From Balanoglossus misakiensis (taxonomy: Eukaryota; Animalia; Hemichordata), in contig CM082584.2 in NCBI GenBank assembly GCA_040954595.2, positions 5,336,110 to 5,400,109 of the forward strand: a stretch of DNA of 64,000 nt. The letters run 5' to 3'. Shown here piece by piece: positions 27,401-38,930 of the stretch; position 1 is the first letter of the stretch; each line of letters begins with the position of its first letter. The position numbers were made by a program, and so were the translations under genes. The notes beneath the pieces were generated by a model, which was not told the DNA's origin, made no database searches, and saw only the letters and a list, made by a program, of their open reading frames with translations.

Positions 27401-30400
27401 GGCACACCCTATATGTCTACTATTGAAGTTATAAACTCTTAAGTCTAAGAATCAACACGCAGTCTGTCTATTTGTCAGTTACTATGAAGTGGACGTCTAC
27501 GGTTTAGCATAGCTGTTGTAAATCGACTATTGTTATAGTTCAGTTATATAATATTTGCAAACAATAGACAAAGAAAGTATTGTGAGTCATCTTTTGTGTT
27601 GACAAATTACTGTACACAGTAAGAGCGAGCCATCGTCATGGTATTCAAAATTTCATGGCGTCTTGTCATATAGAAAGTATATCTGCTCAATTATTATTTA
27701 TGTAAGTAACATCAACCCATAAGTCTGGATTGCGAGTTTCTTTTAAAGGAAACCTAGCTTTTCGTCCGAGAATTCAGACGCACATTTCCTGACATGCAAA
27801 ATCTTCATCTATTTCATATTTGTCACACTGCGACCTACGGTTATTCGAACCATGTATCACCTATTTCTCTTGTAACTATATTAGCTATCAACTGTCACCG
27901 GTTGATTTCAGACAAACATGTTACTTCGTCAAAAAAAATGTGATATCATTTGCATTCGACACAATAACCATGAAAGCTGATCCTCTGCTTTAGGGAAAGA
28001 TTTCATTGAACTTTTTAACTGAATGCACACGTTTACACAAGACAAAGTGCTCTTATTTGACATTATATACATGTAGCTCGGTGGTTATTGAAAGCATATT
28101 TCAGCATGACACCAAACAAGAATTTCAAAATTCTGAAATCAATTTTTCATTATGAATATCATCAAATCTGAAATATCTGTACATACTTAAATCCAAAGAA
28201 ACTGGGACCAAAGATTACGACACTAAAATACTAAGAAAATGAAAGTATTTTTTTTTTCAAATATCACAGTTAAGTTTGTGTAAATTGTAACTGAAGCATG
28301 CATCTTCTGCAAAGCCATCCACTTCAGCGCTGTACAACAACAACAACAACAGGAAATGGCCATGAGAAAAAGCACTATTATCCTCTGTCTGGTATTTCTG
28401 GTAATCAATTCAATTGTTCTTGCATTAACAAAGCATGCGAAACAGCTCCTTCTAATCACCTGTAGAACAGTTCGCTTGATTAGTTCAACTATTTGCATCC
28501 AAGCTAAACTGGTCCACCATGCATATCAATCGAAAAGCGCACACAAATTTTGCTGTGTCATAAACAAGAGTGTCTATTCTTCTCTCGACAACAATACGCC
28601 GTCTCACAAATGACCTTCAGAAGCTCAGGAGTCGTTTGGAACTATGGTTTAAATTTCCTTACGTCAGCGCACTATCTTGACAATTCTTCAAGTCACATGG
28701 AGTATAGGATCATGTATTTTTTGAACACATGATCTGGTATTTTTGCATCGGCTTAACATACAAAGTTACTAGTACTAAAAGGACACACTGTTCTTCACAA
28801 CATTCAAGTACCACTTCATTCCCAGTTCTTTTTGAACCTAGGTTTGAACAACCCTATTACTGAGAAATCTATCATCATCCTAAATACCAAAATCTTCTTG
28901 TCTATTATCGACACCCTCCGATCCTGAACGAGCAAAAAAAAAAATCTCCAACCAAAACGACACACCATTTAGTCAAACCGTTACACTTAGTCACTAAAAG
29001 TAATTGAGTACTAAAAGTATAATCCATTCCCTTTTAAGAAGATTTTTATTCCTGACGGAGGGATCATGCTTGACTTTTGGTAATTACTTGCTTTAATCTG
29101 TAGACAACTGTCTTTATTGATTGACTCTGACAAATCACAAACTCAAAGAGACATAATCATCTTACATTCGCTCAGGAAACTTCGGGCTTCAGACATTTAT
29201 TTTTTTTGCTAGCTTTGATAGACATTTTTTTATCACTGCCAGGAAAGTGTGAGAATACCCATGAAAGGAATGTCAAATCAATTCTATTGAATAATGGGAA
29301 AATGATACTTTAGTTAGCAACCCAGTGAAAATACAGAGACACCAATTGAACACACGGACTGGAAAAAAAATACAGACTGAGGACATCTTGCCCTTATACT
29401 TTTAAAAACTGTACATAGTGTCACTTTTTAAGTTACATTTTAACACATTTCAATCTCAGCATATTACAATAATCCCACCCCAGGCAGTGTTTCTGTTCAC
29501 ATTTACGATAAAGAAAAAAGGGATGGCAGTATTTTTGTATGAAATATATGATCTAACTGACCAGTGGTTCTGTTGGGGGTGCTTTTTAAAAAAAAATCTA
29601 AAATACCAACAATTTTCTGGAAAATATAAAATGAAGATCAGTTAAAGACAACTGTCCCTATAAGTTAGGGTTCTATGAAAGAAATGTATAAAAAATTATA
29701 AAAGGTGATATTATATTTTTAAGTAAAAAAATATAATTGTTATTTGTAATTTTTCAAAGTATCATTTTTCATCTTTAATCACAGAGATCATACTAATATT
29801 TCAATCAAAATTTAATCATTAGTTTTTTCTAGCATTTAATCATAAACCAAATGTAATTTCTAACAAATCAAGTGATGTCCTTATTCACAGTTATATTCAG
29901 TTATTTTAAATGTAGCAAAGTATTAAATCAGATTATCACTTGATAGTATACTTAAAAGTCAACCTAAAGTACAAATTCTGAACCATAAGTCAACAATTTC
30001 ACGAGCGTTAATAAACAGACTTCAATGATTACCAAACCAGACACATTGAAATAATGGTTTCAAATGGATTTGCAAATAAGGATGTGAGCAGCGGACCGAC
30101 CGATAGACCAATGGACACTCTGATGAAAAAGTATGTCGAGTCGAGTATGCATTAAATATGTTTTCATTTAATGGCGGTGGAGAGTACATACACACATACA
30201 AGCAATACTACAGTTATTGTCTGGCAAACACACACAATGATTTGTGGCACAGTCAATTGTGGTTTACTTGAAGTGGCTTTCAGAGCGCTTGTCAGCTAGT
30301 TCAATACAAGTCATAAAACTATCTCCATCTAACTGTAGAGCTCGGAGCGATCCCTTTCACGAAATCTGGAAGGTGGCCAAGATGAAGACAATCCGATTGT

Positions 30401-33400
30401 CACCGAATTCACGACCTTCAAATAATGGTCCCAAAAAGGCTCCCTGAACTTTGACTGTCGAACGAACAAAACGGCCGAGAATCGTTGCTTCACAACTGCA
30501 CAGCCTATTATTATCGTCGACCGTTATTGTGTTGACAAACAGATCTGTTTAATGCACTCACAACATAAATCTGTTGACTGGGGTTCGAAATACCATCAAA
30601 ACCTTTCAAAATTACTGTTTGGAATAAAATGTTATGAGCGAAAAGGCGAGAGAGAGAGAGCCAGTACCCATACCTGTCAAATATGTCTGCCAAAGCAATA
30701 CATATAATACAAATCAATGTAGAGACAACACAACACAATTTCTTTTTCAGGTCTGGTTGGTGCAAGTATCGAAAGATCAATCTTTCCCTCCAAACGTGAT
30801 TAGAAAACGGAGTGAAGGAGGCAAACTGATTGATTGATGGACGATGGCTAACAAACCTAAAGCATACAAAAACAACTTATATGATTAAGATAAGATTACT
30901 GTTTTACACTTCATTGAAAGATACACTACTCGACTGAAGTATGTTGACTTTATTTGTTTATTATAGCACTCTACCCGAATGTCAAACATATCAATTTTTT
31001 TCAAATTACAAGTTCAAATTTGAATGTTGGAAATATCACGGAATAAGGCTGCATTCACAAACACCTCTGGAGGGGGGGGCGGGAGAATTCAAATTTTTTT
31101 ACCGCTAATTTTCACATGCCCCCCTTCCGAACTGCCAATATTTTCAAATCCCCCCCTTCCGAACTGCCAAAATTTTGAAATCCCCCCCCCCATTTTCTTT
31201 CACTGAGCAAAACACATCACCTATCTATCTTGTAAAAAGAAAAACAGCGCTCCCATGAAAAGAATTTGAAACTGATGTTTTCCCTCATCAGTGGGTATTA
31301 AAACTGAACATTGTTTTTATTTTTTAAGTACATATATTTGTATTCTGTGTTGGGAGACATTGTAAACCGAGAATTGAAGGGGGTGGGTTTGGGAGGGGGT
31401 GTCCCCCTCCCACGTAAGAAAATTTTCTAAAATACAGAGCTCAAAGCTGCATTTTAATGAACCCGGCAAAAGCAAATTAACTCAACTACCGGTATGTTGG
31501 GGAGGACAAATTTAACCGTCGCTGCTCAAAGTTATCATGGGGTGGGGGCAAGTCCCCTGACCTGGGATACTAGATAAACCAGTCAATGATTGAAAGGTGT
31601 TGATGAATGGAGGGGGTGGGTGTGGGAGGGGGTGTCCCCCTCCCACATTAGAAAATTTTGTAAAATAAAGGGCGCGAAACTGCATTTTTGTGGACTCAAA
31701 ATAAATATTTAGTCGTTAAAGTTTTCAAGTCCCCCCCTTTCAGTCCCTAAATTATTTCAAATCCCCCCCCTTACATACCCTCAATTTTTTCAAATCCCCC
31801 CCCTCAATTCTCCCGCCCCCCCCTCCAGAGGTGTTTGTGAATGCAGCCTAATGTTGACAAGTTTACCCTAAGGGTTCTGATTATGCATGCAGGGAAAAAC
31901 ACGGACCCGACATGAAGCCACGACAGAATTTCCATCGTCATTTATCAAGGCAATCTCATACACAGTGCAAAAATCATGTCATTTCAATTTTCAGTAGCAG
32001 AATACTCAACCTGGGCAGGCAGATCACTTGTCTGATAAGGATACTACATTTTGTTAACCCTTAAATTCTTGCAAATTAATTATTACAGTTCTAACAGATG
32101 TATAACTTCTACTAAACTTTGTCAACATAGTCAAATGTATGTTTAAGGACAGTTATTGTTGACAAATTAATTAATTAAAGCCAACAAGTTATTTTCCAAT
32201 AATAACAGTGCTCCACTAAATAAATAACACTTAATCATGCTCAGCTGGACATAGTACAAGATTATACAGGGGGGGGGGGGGGGGGGGGGGGTAAAAATTA
32301 CAGTTAATACAACCAGTCATTAAATAATCTAATTGTACAAATTTATGATGTTCATTTTACCTTTACTATTTATGTCTGACACAAGACTGAAATTACATCA
32401 GCTTAAGCTATGTTGTGATTTACGTTCAGCTTGGAAATGATCATAGTAATTGGTATCACATTAATAGCATGTCATCAGAGTGTGAAAAGATCTTTCTCGG
32501 TAGACTTAGGCCAGTTGATATATGAATGTTTAAATCAAATAGTTCTTTTGTCACAGACCTAGTGCAGTGCTAGCAAATGTTGCCATAAAAAAATGTCAGT
32601 TTATATCTGAAAATGGTCGGTCATAGATCCATACACATGTATGTTTTAAATGGTGATTGCTGGTTACTTTTAAAAAAAATGTTGCCAAAAGTTTCCAATA
32701 TTTTTGACTCAATGGACCAGTTTCTCATATATGAAATCTCAAAATCACAGACACACAAATATATTTCATAAGTCAGTTACATCAATAAAGACTCGAGAAA
32801 TAGCATTATTGATATTCTTATGAATTATAGCATATTTTCAGATGGTTTGTAAACATAAATTCGATTTACCACTGCCATTATCTCAAGTATGGTGCCAGTT
32901 ACCATGGTAACATGTAACTCAAAAGCTACTCACTTGATACTAATAACATGCAGAGACTAGAGCTCTCCTACCTTTGGTATTGTCTCCACCGGTACCGCTT
33001 TGATAATTTTGCAGTTCCCTTTTGAAATCTTGATGATGCAAAGATGGCATTGCGAAATTTTTCTGGTCATTTTTTCCATGATTTACAATTTGTCTGAAGG
33101 ACGACAGTTTCGGAAGTTGGACTTGTTGTGTTTCTTGCGAATTGGACAGACTGTTGTGGTGCACTGTGTGAATGCCTGGTATCGGTGTCGTGGTATTGGA
33201 TGGCGGACCAGGTGTTTCACTCTGTACTCTGATTGGAGGAATAGCGCGTCCATTCTGGCCAATCTCCTGTTGCTGTCCACTCCCATTGTGTGGCTGTTGT
33301 GTACTCATGTTATCATGTACTTGCAATTGTTTATTGTCCCTGTGGGAAAATAAAAGACAACAGTTATATGCAGTGTGAGAAATCCTGCAATGTCTGCCTT

Positions 33401-34020
33401 TCACTTTTCTACAGGTCGACATCTCTGAAAGTCGATGCAGATTTGTTCTCAGGGGTTATAACTATTAAAGCTCATCAGTTCGAGATTTCTGAGCCTTTCA
33501 AAACACACCATCCTTACACATAATGATTATATACGCGTCCTGGTTTTAGGATACATCGTGATTATAGCAGCGACACTGAATATAACGGACTTGAAAGAAA
33601 CTAGTCGACGGGTGGGTTGTGTCAAATGTAAAGCGATCACCACTAACTAATGACGCAACCAGCTTTATCAGAGAAAAATTCTTCCACGTCAATGGCGAAT
33701 CGGAACCACAAATAATTATGACCTGGCGCTGTAAGGCGATCACCGAACACTTGTTGTTACGCGGCAAATATAGCTTGCCGGGTACGCCAGGGAGAGAAAA
33801 CTCTCACGACCTCAACAGGGAGACGGAAACTCGGCATCACTCTCGCACAGACCAAAAAATGCAGCCTGACACTGTCTCCACCGTGTACGATCGAAACCGG
33901 AGAGGGGGACCGGTATTATACACGTACAGTCCAACTGGACGTAAACAAATTACGGGGTTCGACGACGTACATGTCTTACCCTCCTGGAATTAGACAGTCC
34001 TCGCTTCCGCCAGACTTCAT
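2083..34020 (-). CDS. GLIS3: GLIS3/GLIS1-like zinc-finger transcription factor, spliced and 3' incomplete: join(33980-34020, 32972-33339, 10940-12483, 7835-7996, 5197-5307, 4547-4730, 2083-2236), about 854 aa in window
   Basis: Five GLI/GLIS-type C2H2 fingers (CKWIDC..., [95 protein letters not shown]). Flanking motifs resemble vertebrate GLIS3 from recall: [73 protein letters not shown]. All junctions are GT-AG and phase-consistent. Confidence 0.93.
4547..4730 (-). CDS. GLIS3: GLIS exon ([25 protein letters not shown]...DVYP)
   Basis: tttcag acceptor and G|gtaata donor, phase 0 to 1. Overlaps ORF 4488-4694. Confidence 0.9.
5197..5307 (-). CDS. GLIS3: GLIS exon, zinc finger 5 ([37 protein letters not shown])
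   Basis: ctacag acceptor and AAG|gtaaag donor; 111 nt, phase 0 to 0. Confidence 0.95.
6393..6472. repeat. Compound (TACG/TACA)n-(CA)n microsatellite
   Basis: Read directly from the sequence. Confidence 0.85.
7835..7996 (-). CDS. GLIS3: GLIS exon, zinc fingers 3-4
   Basis: ttcag acceptor and ACC|gtaagt donor; 162 nt inside ORF 7796-8083. Confidence 0.96.
8839..9211. repeat. Diverged tandem duplication (units of about 220 and 155 bp)
   Basis: TTAGAGGTAAAATCTTC(C)GAATTGCATGAAGG...GCAGGTCAAATGTTGA...GCAAAAGTCACTGGCCTTGCCTTG starts at 8839 and at 9058. Confidence 0.85.
10609..10698 (+). mobile_element. MITE family A copy 2, right TTAA degenerate
   Basis: TTAACCCTTTCC...GAGGTCCAACC..ACCATAGAAAGCAATGG..GGACTGAACCATGGTGGTGTAAGGGTT. 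Confidence 0.7.
10940..12483 (-). CDS. GLIS3: GLIS large exon: conserved N-terminal region with YGHLS, polyQ and polyP tracts, zinc fingers 1-2
   Basis: ORF 10898-12460. cggcag acceptor (AG at 12484-12485) and ACT|gtaagt donor; 1544 nt, phase 1 to 0. Confidence 0.96.
13955..14026. repeat. (TGAA)18 microsatellite
   Basis: Read directly from the sequence. Confidence 0.95.
18499..18592 (+). mobile_element. MITE family A copy 3
   Basis: TTAA-CCCTTTCACC ... GGTGAAAGGG-TTAA: perfect terminal inverted repeat and target-site duplication. Confidence 0.82.
20605..20778. repeat. Tandem repeat, 3 x 58 bp
   Basis: AAAAGTTTGACAGACTTACTTTTATTTTAAAA(C/G)TTTGCCTACGTCCTAATGAAT three times. Confidence 0.92.
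26173..26208. repeat. (GACA)n(GACG)n microsatellite
   Basis: Read directly from the sequence. Confidence 0.8.
31047..31848. mobile_element. PIF/Harbinger-like MITE (802 bp) with TAA target-site duplication, in the large GLIS intron
   Basis: TAA-GGCTGCATTCACAAACACCTCTGGAGGGGGGGGCGGGAGAATT ... AATTCTCCCGCCCCCCCCTCCAGAGGTGTTTGTGAATGCAGCC-TAA (about 43 bp inverted repeat). Subterminal AATCCCCCCC repeats and an internal direct repeat of about 60 bp. Confidence 0.85.
32972..33339 (-). CDS. GLIS3: GLIS N-terminal exon ([15 protein letters not shown]...[13 protein letters not shown]...[16 protein letters not shown]...NTK), with an in-frame ATG at 33308
   Basis: ttttcccacag acceptor and AAG|gtagga donor. 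The phase-1 end matches the phase-1 start at 12483. Resembles the GLIS3 N-terminus IPAIRAHSGTPGP / HLPALSPRRQMLTNGK. Confidence 0.85.
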
Positions 34021-35300
34021 GAGTTGATGTCTCTAAAGACTGAAGTGCTATCAACGTTCAGTATGCGAAAAAACAGTCCACAACTTCCACCCGATCCCTA
34101 CTACTACGACAGTCTCCGATACACTACTACGTTACAATATCACAATGTACACCAATACCAAGAAGCCATCTTGGTTTACACCTGAAGAAAACGACCGATT
34201 ATATTGATCATGGTGTATGATTTTCACTCTGAGGCCCGTAGGCTTTTATGTTATACCAACACCGCCCCTGTCAGACATTCTCACTTGGCGATCTTTGGTT
34301 CGAGGTGCGAGACAACACAAGATGGTGCCTTTGACAGCCCGCCCGGTCCCAGGCCGGAAGAGACCCATGTCCATATCATAGTAAAGGCAATGTACATATA
34401 CACTACGTACAGAGAGTACACACAGTTGACATAACTGACCGAAAATTGCCGCCAGATGAAGGAAAAACCGCCTCACCTATTATCACTGCAAAACAAGTCT
34501 TCTCACTGGACACATGTCGACGCGGTGCAGCGGGAATGACGACGCTCGGTTAGATCACCGTTGCCCCAAATTTCTCATCGGTAACTAATTCTCTCGATTG
34601 TACTTTCGCATGTTGTGGGGAAATCTGGGCAAGTTTTGGAGGGCATCGCAGGGGGTCCCTAATTAGTCACTGATTTGGAGACCGTATCTGAGTCATTGCC
34701 CTGTTGTCATGTAGAGTCGGTTTCAAGATACCCCTTTGTTATTCGGTGACCAGTGATGAATGCCGTGGTCCATGCAACTGATGATTTATTTCTACTTTAC
34801 AAACACTCCTTGTTCATATTCATATTCTGGCTGCCGTGAAACCGATGCAAAGTCAACCGCTCTTTATTTAAAGGGGACAAACGTCACACAAGGAGGCAAA
34901 ATTTTACCAATCAAATACTCATTTACAAAATAATCCGTGACACCGCCGAATTGCTTGGTTATTTAAAAAATAATTAAACGCGAATTATTTCGTTACTCAT
35001 ACCTCTTTTAAAGACACTTTAGGCTTATAATGTGTAAACATCATTGCAGCTGCTGTCGTTACAGTTTTTGACAAGGATAGGCCCATAACAGGGGACCCTG
35101 GGACGTGTACGTCACGTTGTTTGGGAGTCCCTCGTAAAAAAGTGAGCTGGTGGGTGGGGGTTCTATGTTTTAAATAAGTAAAATCGCAAATGTCAGCCGA
35201 AAATTGTAAAATTTAGCGCGAAACCATAACGATTCTGATGCGCTCCGTTAACAAGCGCGCATAAATGAGCTCAACTATATTAGCTCCGAGTGTAATAAAA
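33540..35300 (-). promoter_or_regulatory. CpG-rich putative promoter and 5' region of GLIS, with a candidate non-coding first exon ending at 34477 (AG|gtgagg)
   Basis: CpG is visibly frequent compared with flanking introns, and the region lies at the 5' end of the minus-strand gene. The transcription start cannot be determined from sequence. Confidence 0.5.
33980..34020 (-). CDS. GLIS3: Putative first coding segment of GLIS ([13 protein letters not shown]), within candidate exon 33980-34181
   Basis: ATG at 34020 and GG|gtaaga donor; 41 nt (phase 2) splices in frame to 33339. Upstream ttttcttcag acceptor at 34182. Confidence 0.55.
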
Positions 35301-35691
35301 ATTATACAGTAATTCGGGATATATAGGGCCTAACCCTATAAACTGCAAATCTGAGATTCAGAGATTTATTGACATGGCGCTGTTAATTATCTTTCAGGGC
35401 AGCATAATTTTACGAGATCAATAATTGAAGCAGATTGCTAAGTATATCAAATATGTATCCTACTAAAAAGTTCATTAATTATAAACACACTATATACTAG
35501 TAGGCCTGCATACAGGCTAAACCGTGATAAGCTAAAAGTGGGAATTCCATTCAGGGACTGTTCACTTATTCCGGATCGGGGGTGAGGTAGGTGGATTGGT
35601 AGGGGGGTATCCTGTTTTGATATGCATACTCTTGATTTGATTCTGATCAGCCTGAGCTGACTTCATATTTAGTATCACATATAGACTCGCG

Positions 35692-36027
35692 TATACAGGC
35701 CCATATAAGAGACCATAACTTTTGGCATAGATTTTGGCCATTTTCTTGTTCTGCGTACATGTTCTTGTTATATTTCCTGAGGTATGCTATTAAAGTTATG
35801 TTAAAATTCCCTCCTTTTGAATTGAACACAGTCTTTACACGGGCAACAAATTGTTAGCATATACAGGCCCATATAAGAGACCATAACTTTTGGCATAGAT
35901 TTTGGCCATTTTCTTGTTCTGCGTACATGTTCTTGTTATATTTCCTGAGGTATGCTATTAAAGTTATGTTAAAATTCCCTCCTTTTGAATTGAACACAGT
36001 CTTTACACGGGCAACAAATTGTTAGCA
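35692..36027. repeat. Tandem duplication, 2 x 168 bp, copies look identical
   Basis: TATACAGGCCCATATAAGAGACC...AACAAATTGTTAGCA starts at 35692 and at 35860. Confidence 0.92.
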
Positions 36028-38858
36028 AATAAATTATAGACTCGGAGTGAATTCAAGTTTCAGTTTTGAGAAATTCGTGATCCCGCCAATGTCCAGGTTT
36101 GATACGTTACCATCAGCTTTGAATGTAAGTAATAATAGCCAATTGAAACTTTTTTGTGTAGGGATTTTTGGTGTATGGTATACTAAGTATGATATTATGA
36201 AGATAGTTCGATATAGTGTGTTTTCAGTGTTCATCGTGGCGATCGGCATATAAACAAAACTGGGTACAAACATGCAATAGTAACTCCTCAAGGGGAAGCT
36301 CAGCGAGGTAGTGAGATGGCTACAAAAGTTATTAACCGCAGGAGATATGGATCGGTCCTACCATTGCTTTTAAGTGTGACTAACCCCACCCTCATCAAAG
36401 GGTTCTTGGTACCCCCCCCCCCTCGCAAAAGAAAGTAAAACATGATGACCACTTCTAAAATAAAAATTTCCCGTTTTAAATAGTCTAATTTTGGCCATTC
36501 ACTATGGCGATATTTCCATGCCAACTGCCCCGCTGTATTTCTATACTTTTGGTAGACATGCCTATTTTAATACCCAGTCGATGTGACTCTTTTACACGGA
36601 ACAAGCCATTGCCGAATGTGTCTAGCCACCTCGTAATTAAACCACAGTCTTTGTGATTAAACTTGTATAGGGGTGTGGTATTTTAATAGAACTGTAAGTG
36701 TCAACTGTTTGATTCAATTCCGAGAACGCGTCAGTTGTAAACAATGGCAGTTTGGCTTGAGAACAATAGTTATGAGAGGTGTCCGACATGTATTTCGTAT
36801 AAAAGAGACCATTTCAGCTTGTATAGAGACACAAAGGCGGTCAACCCCAAAGCACAAGTCCAATTTTGTTGCCCGCGGCCCAAGTTCTGTATTTGCAATC
36901 AAGCCAGTCGGACACTGAACATATATATACAACTGTATACAGGTGTTCGTCATGAACGCCCGCATCGTAGTTCCGAGTGCACCCCGAAGGCTGGCCACCA
37001 CCATTCCGATCCAATTCAGGGAGACGCGCCATCATTTTGTAATTTTCGAGCTTTATATTTGAAATGTACTTTGTGATATTGATAGCACAATCGTTTGAAT
37101 AGTTAAAAGAAAACAGTTATATGTATCAATCAATCTAAAATTATACGTGCCTTTTGTCTGTGATGTATTTGACAGAGCCAGTCACTTGAATAACTGACAT
37201 AGTTTGCAAACTGTGTACGTAACGTTGAAACTAGTCGACAACTTAACCGACAAAGTTATCGAATGGTTTTATGACAAGCTATATGTAGTTAAAACATAGT
37301 CACATTAAATGTACTGTTAAGACTGAAATTGTCTCTTTATAAAATAGACCAGGATTCAAATATTCCGATCGACGATCATCATTTGATAATTCTCACCACT
37401 ATGAAACACCATCCTTTCTGGTGGTGTAGTATCCGGCAACCCAACATTTTGTGATAAATTAGTATTATTCCTTTGGCATTTTAGACTACCCATCGTGCCA
37501 TGTTATATAGTGTACTAGGTACGTCATGGAACCATAAACCTTGAAGAATTCGCGTTAGGGTCTATGATGGAACCAAATACTACTGCTCCGAAAATTGCTT
37601 GGTATAACCAATTGCTTCACCTTTCCGCATTTTTGACAGTGCAGTTAAATTCGATGTGCACGTGCTCTTTGTTATTGTGGCCGTTGTTTCCTCTCGTACT
37701 TCAATCAATACACTCCAAGAATGTGAAATTCAATGTTTCTTTTATGACATATAAACATATACATGCAAACTATTCATGTTCAGAAGTTGAAGTATTTTTT
37801 AAAAGTTTGAAATGTTTAACCGAAAGTAATGATCCTAAGTGATGACGAATACATTGCTCATGAAAGACAGTGGGAAGCGCACAATAATATTTTTTCTCTA
37901 CTCGAACCGTGACAACAAGTTCGTTTGCACCATCCATACTTTCCTATTTTGTCCTACCATGCACTGTCTGGTCATTTGTTTGAGAAATTATTAATCCGAA
38001 CGACTGTTTGGTGTTTTTTGTTTGTGCGAGATCTGACCACAGGACACCACTGGGACGACATAAGATGACGTCAGCCAATTTAAACGCTTTCAAATCGCTT
38101 GGCAGACGTCAATCGTAAAAACAAACAATTGTGCGTGTATTTAGATCCAAGGACGCGTGGTTCTCAAAGTCAATCGTTACTCCTTGACTCTACGTAACCA
38201 TGGTGACTGTACGTATTTCACTGGAATTAACGAGGATTGATGTAATTGAACCACTGTTGGAAGATAACGCCGTCGCATCGGCAGATGGTCGAGTTGTCTT
38301 CCATTACTGTAGTCATAAAAGCGACTACATGTATTTACCATTTCAAGAATTTAGTGTAAACGAGAACGCCACGTTTGTTAACATACCAAGGGTTTAACGT
38401 TTAAGCACGAAAGAGTTAAATCCTGGCTATCAGACATCTGAAAGTTACATAGTCATGAAAAACTTTATTTAGACTGTATTAGGAAGAAATCGCGGTTTGA
38501 AAGCAGCCACGCACTGTCTTGACTTGATCTCTTTGCGATTGAAAAATCATGTTTTTAACTGACAGAATTGACAGAAGAAAGAATAAGATGCTCTTCTCTT
38601 TCGTTCATGATGACATCTGCACATCACTCAATGCCGGTAAATGTACTTTTGTTGTCAGCTGCAAGGTAGTCTGTAGCACTTACTCGTGTGTGTATGTTTT
38701 ATTTCGCTATGCTCCACACACAGCGAAAAACACACGAGTCTGGATTCTAGACTAGCCGCAAAGATAAGCTCCGTCTTTCCCCTTTGCTGTTCTCGTTTTG
38801 TTGCTTCAACCTCTCCAGATGTAAGAGGGGCGGCAACAGTAGACTCACAACTGATTTT

Positions 38859-38930
38859 AATCAGAATGGGTCTCGAACCCGTAATCTCTTGATCGTGAGT
38901 TCAATACCCTCGCCACTGGACCACGATTCC
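38859..38930 (-). pseudogene. tRNA-like sequence (SINE head or tRNA pseudogene; CAC in the anticodon position)
   Basis: Minus strand has A box TGGTCCAGTGG and B box GGTTCGAGACC at tRNA spacing. The acceptor and anticodon stems are imperfect. Confidence 0.55.

Noticed and set aside
36673-37076. Cluster of overlapping intergenic ORFs of 64-110 aa
   Set aside because: There is no recognisable domain or splice structure, and the lengths are within chance expectation.
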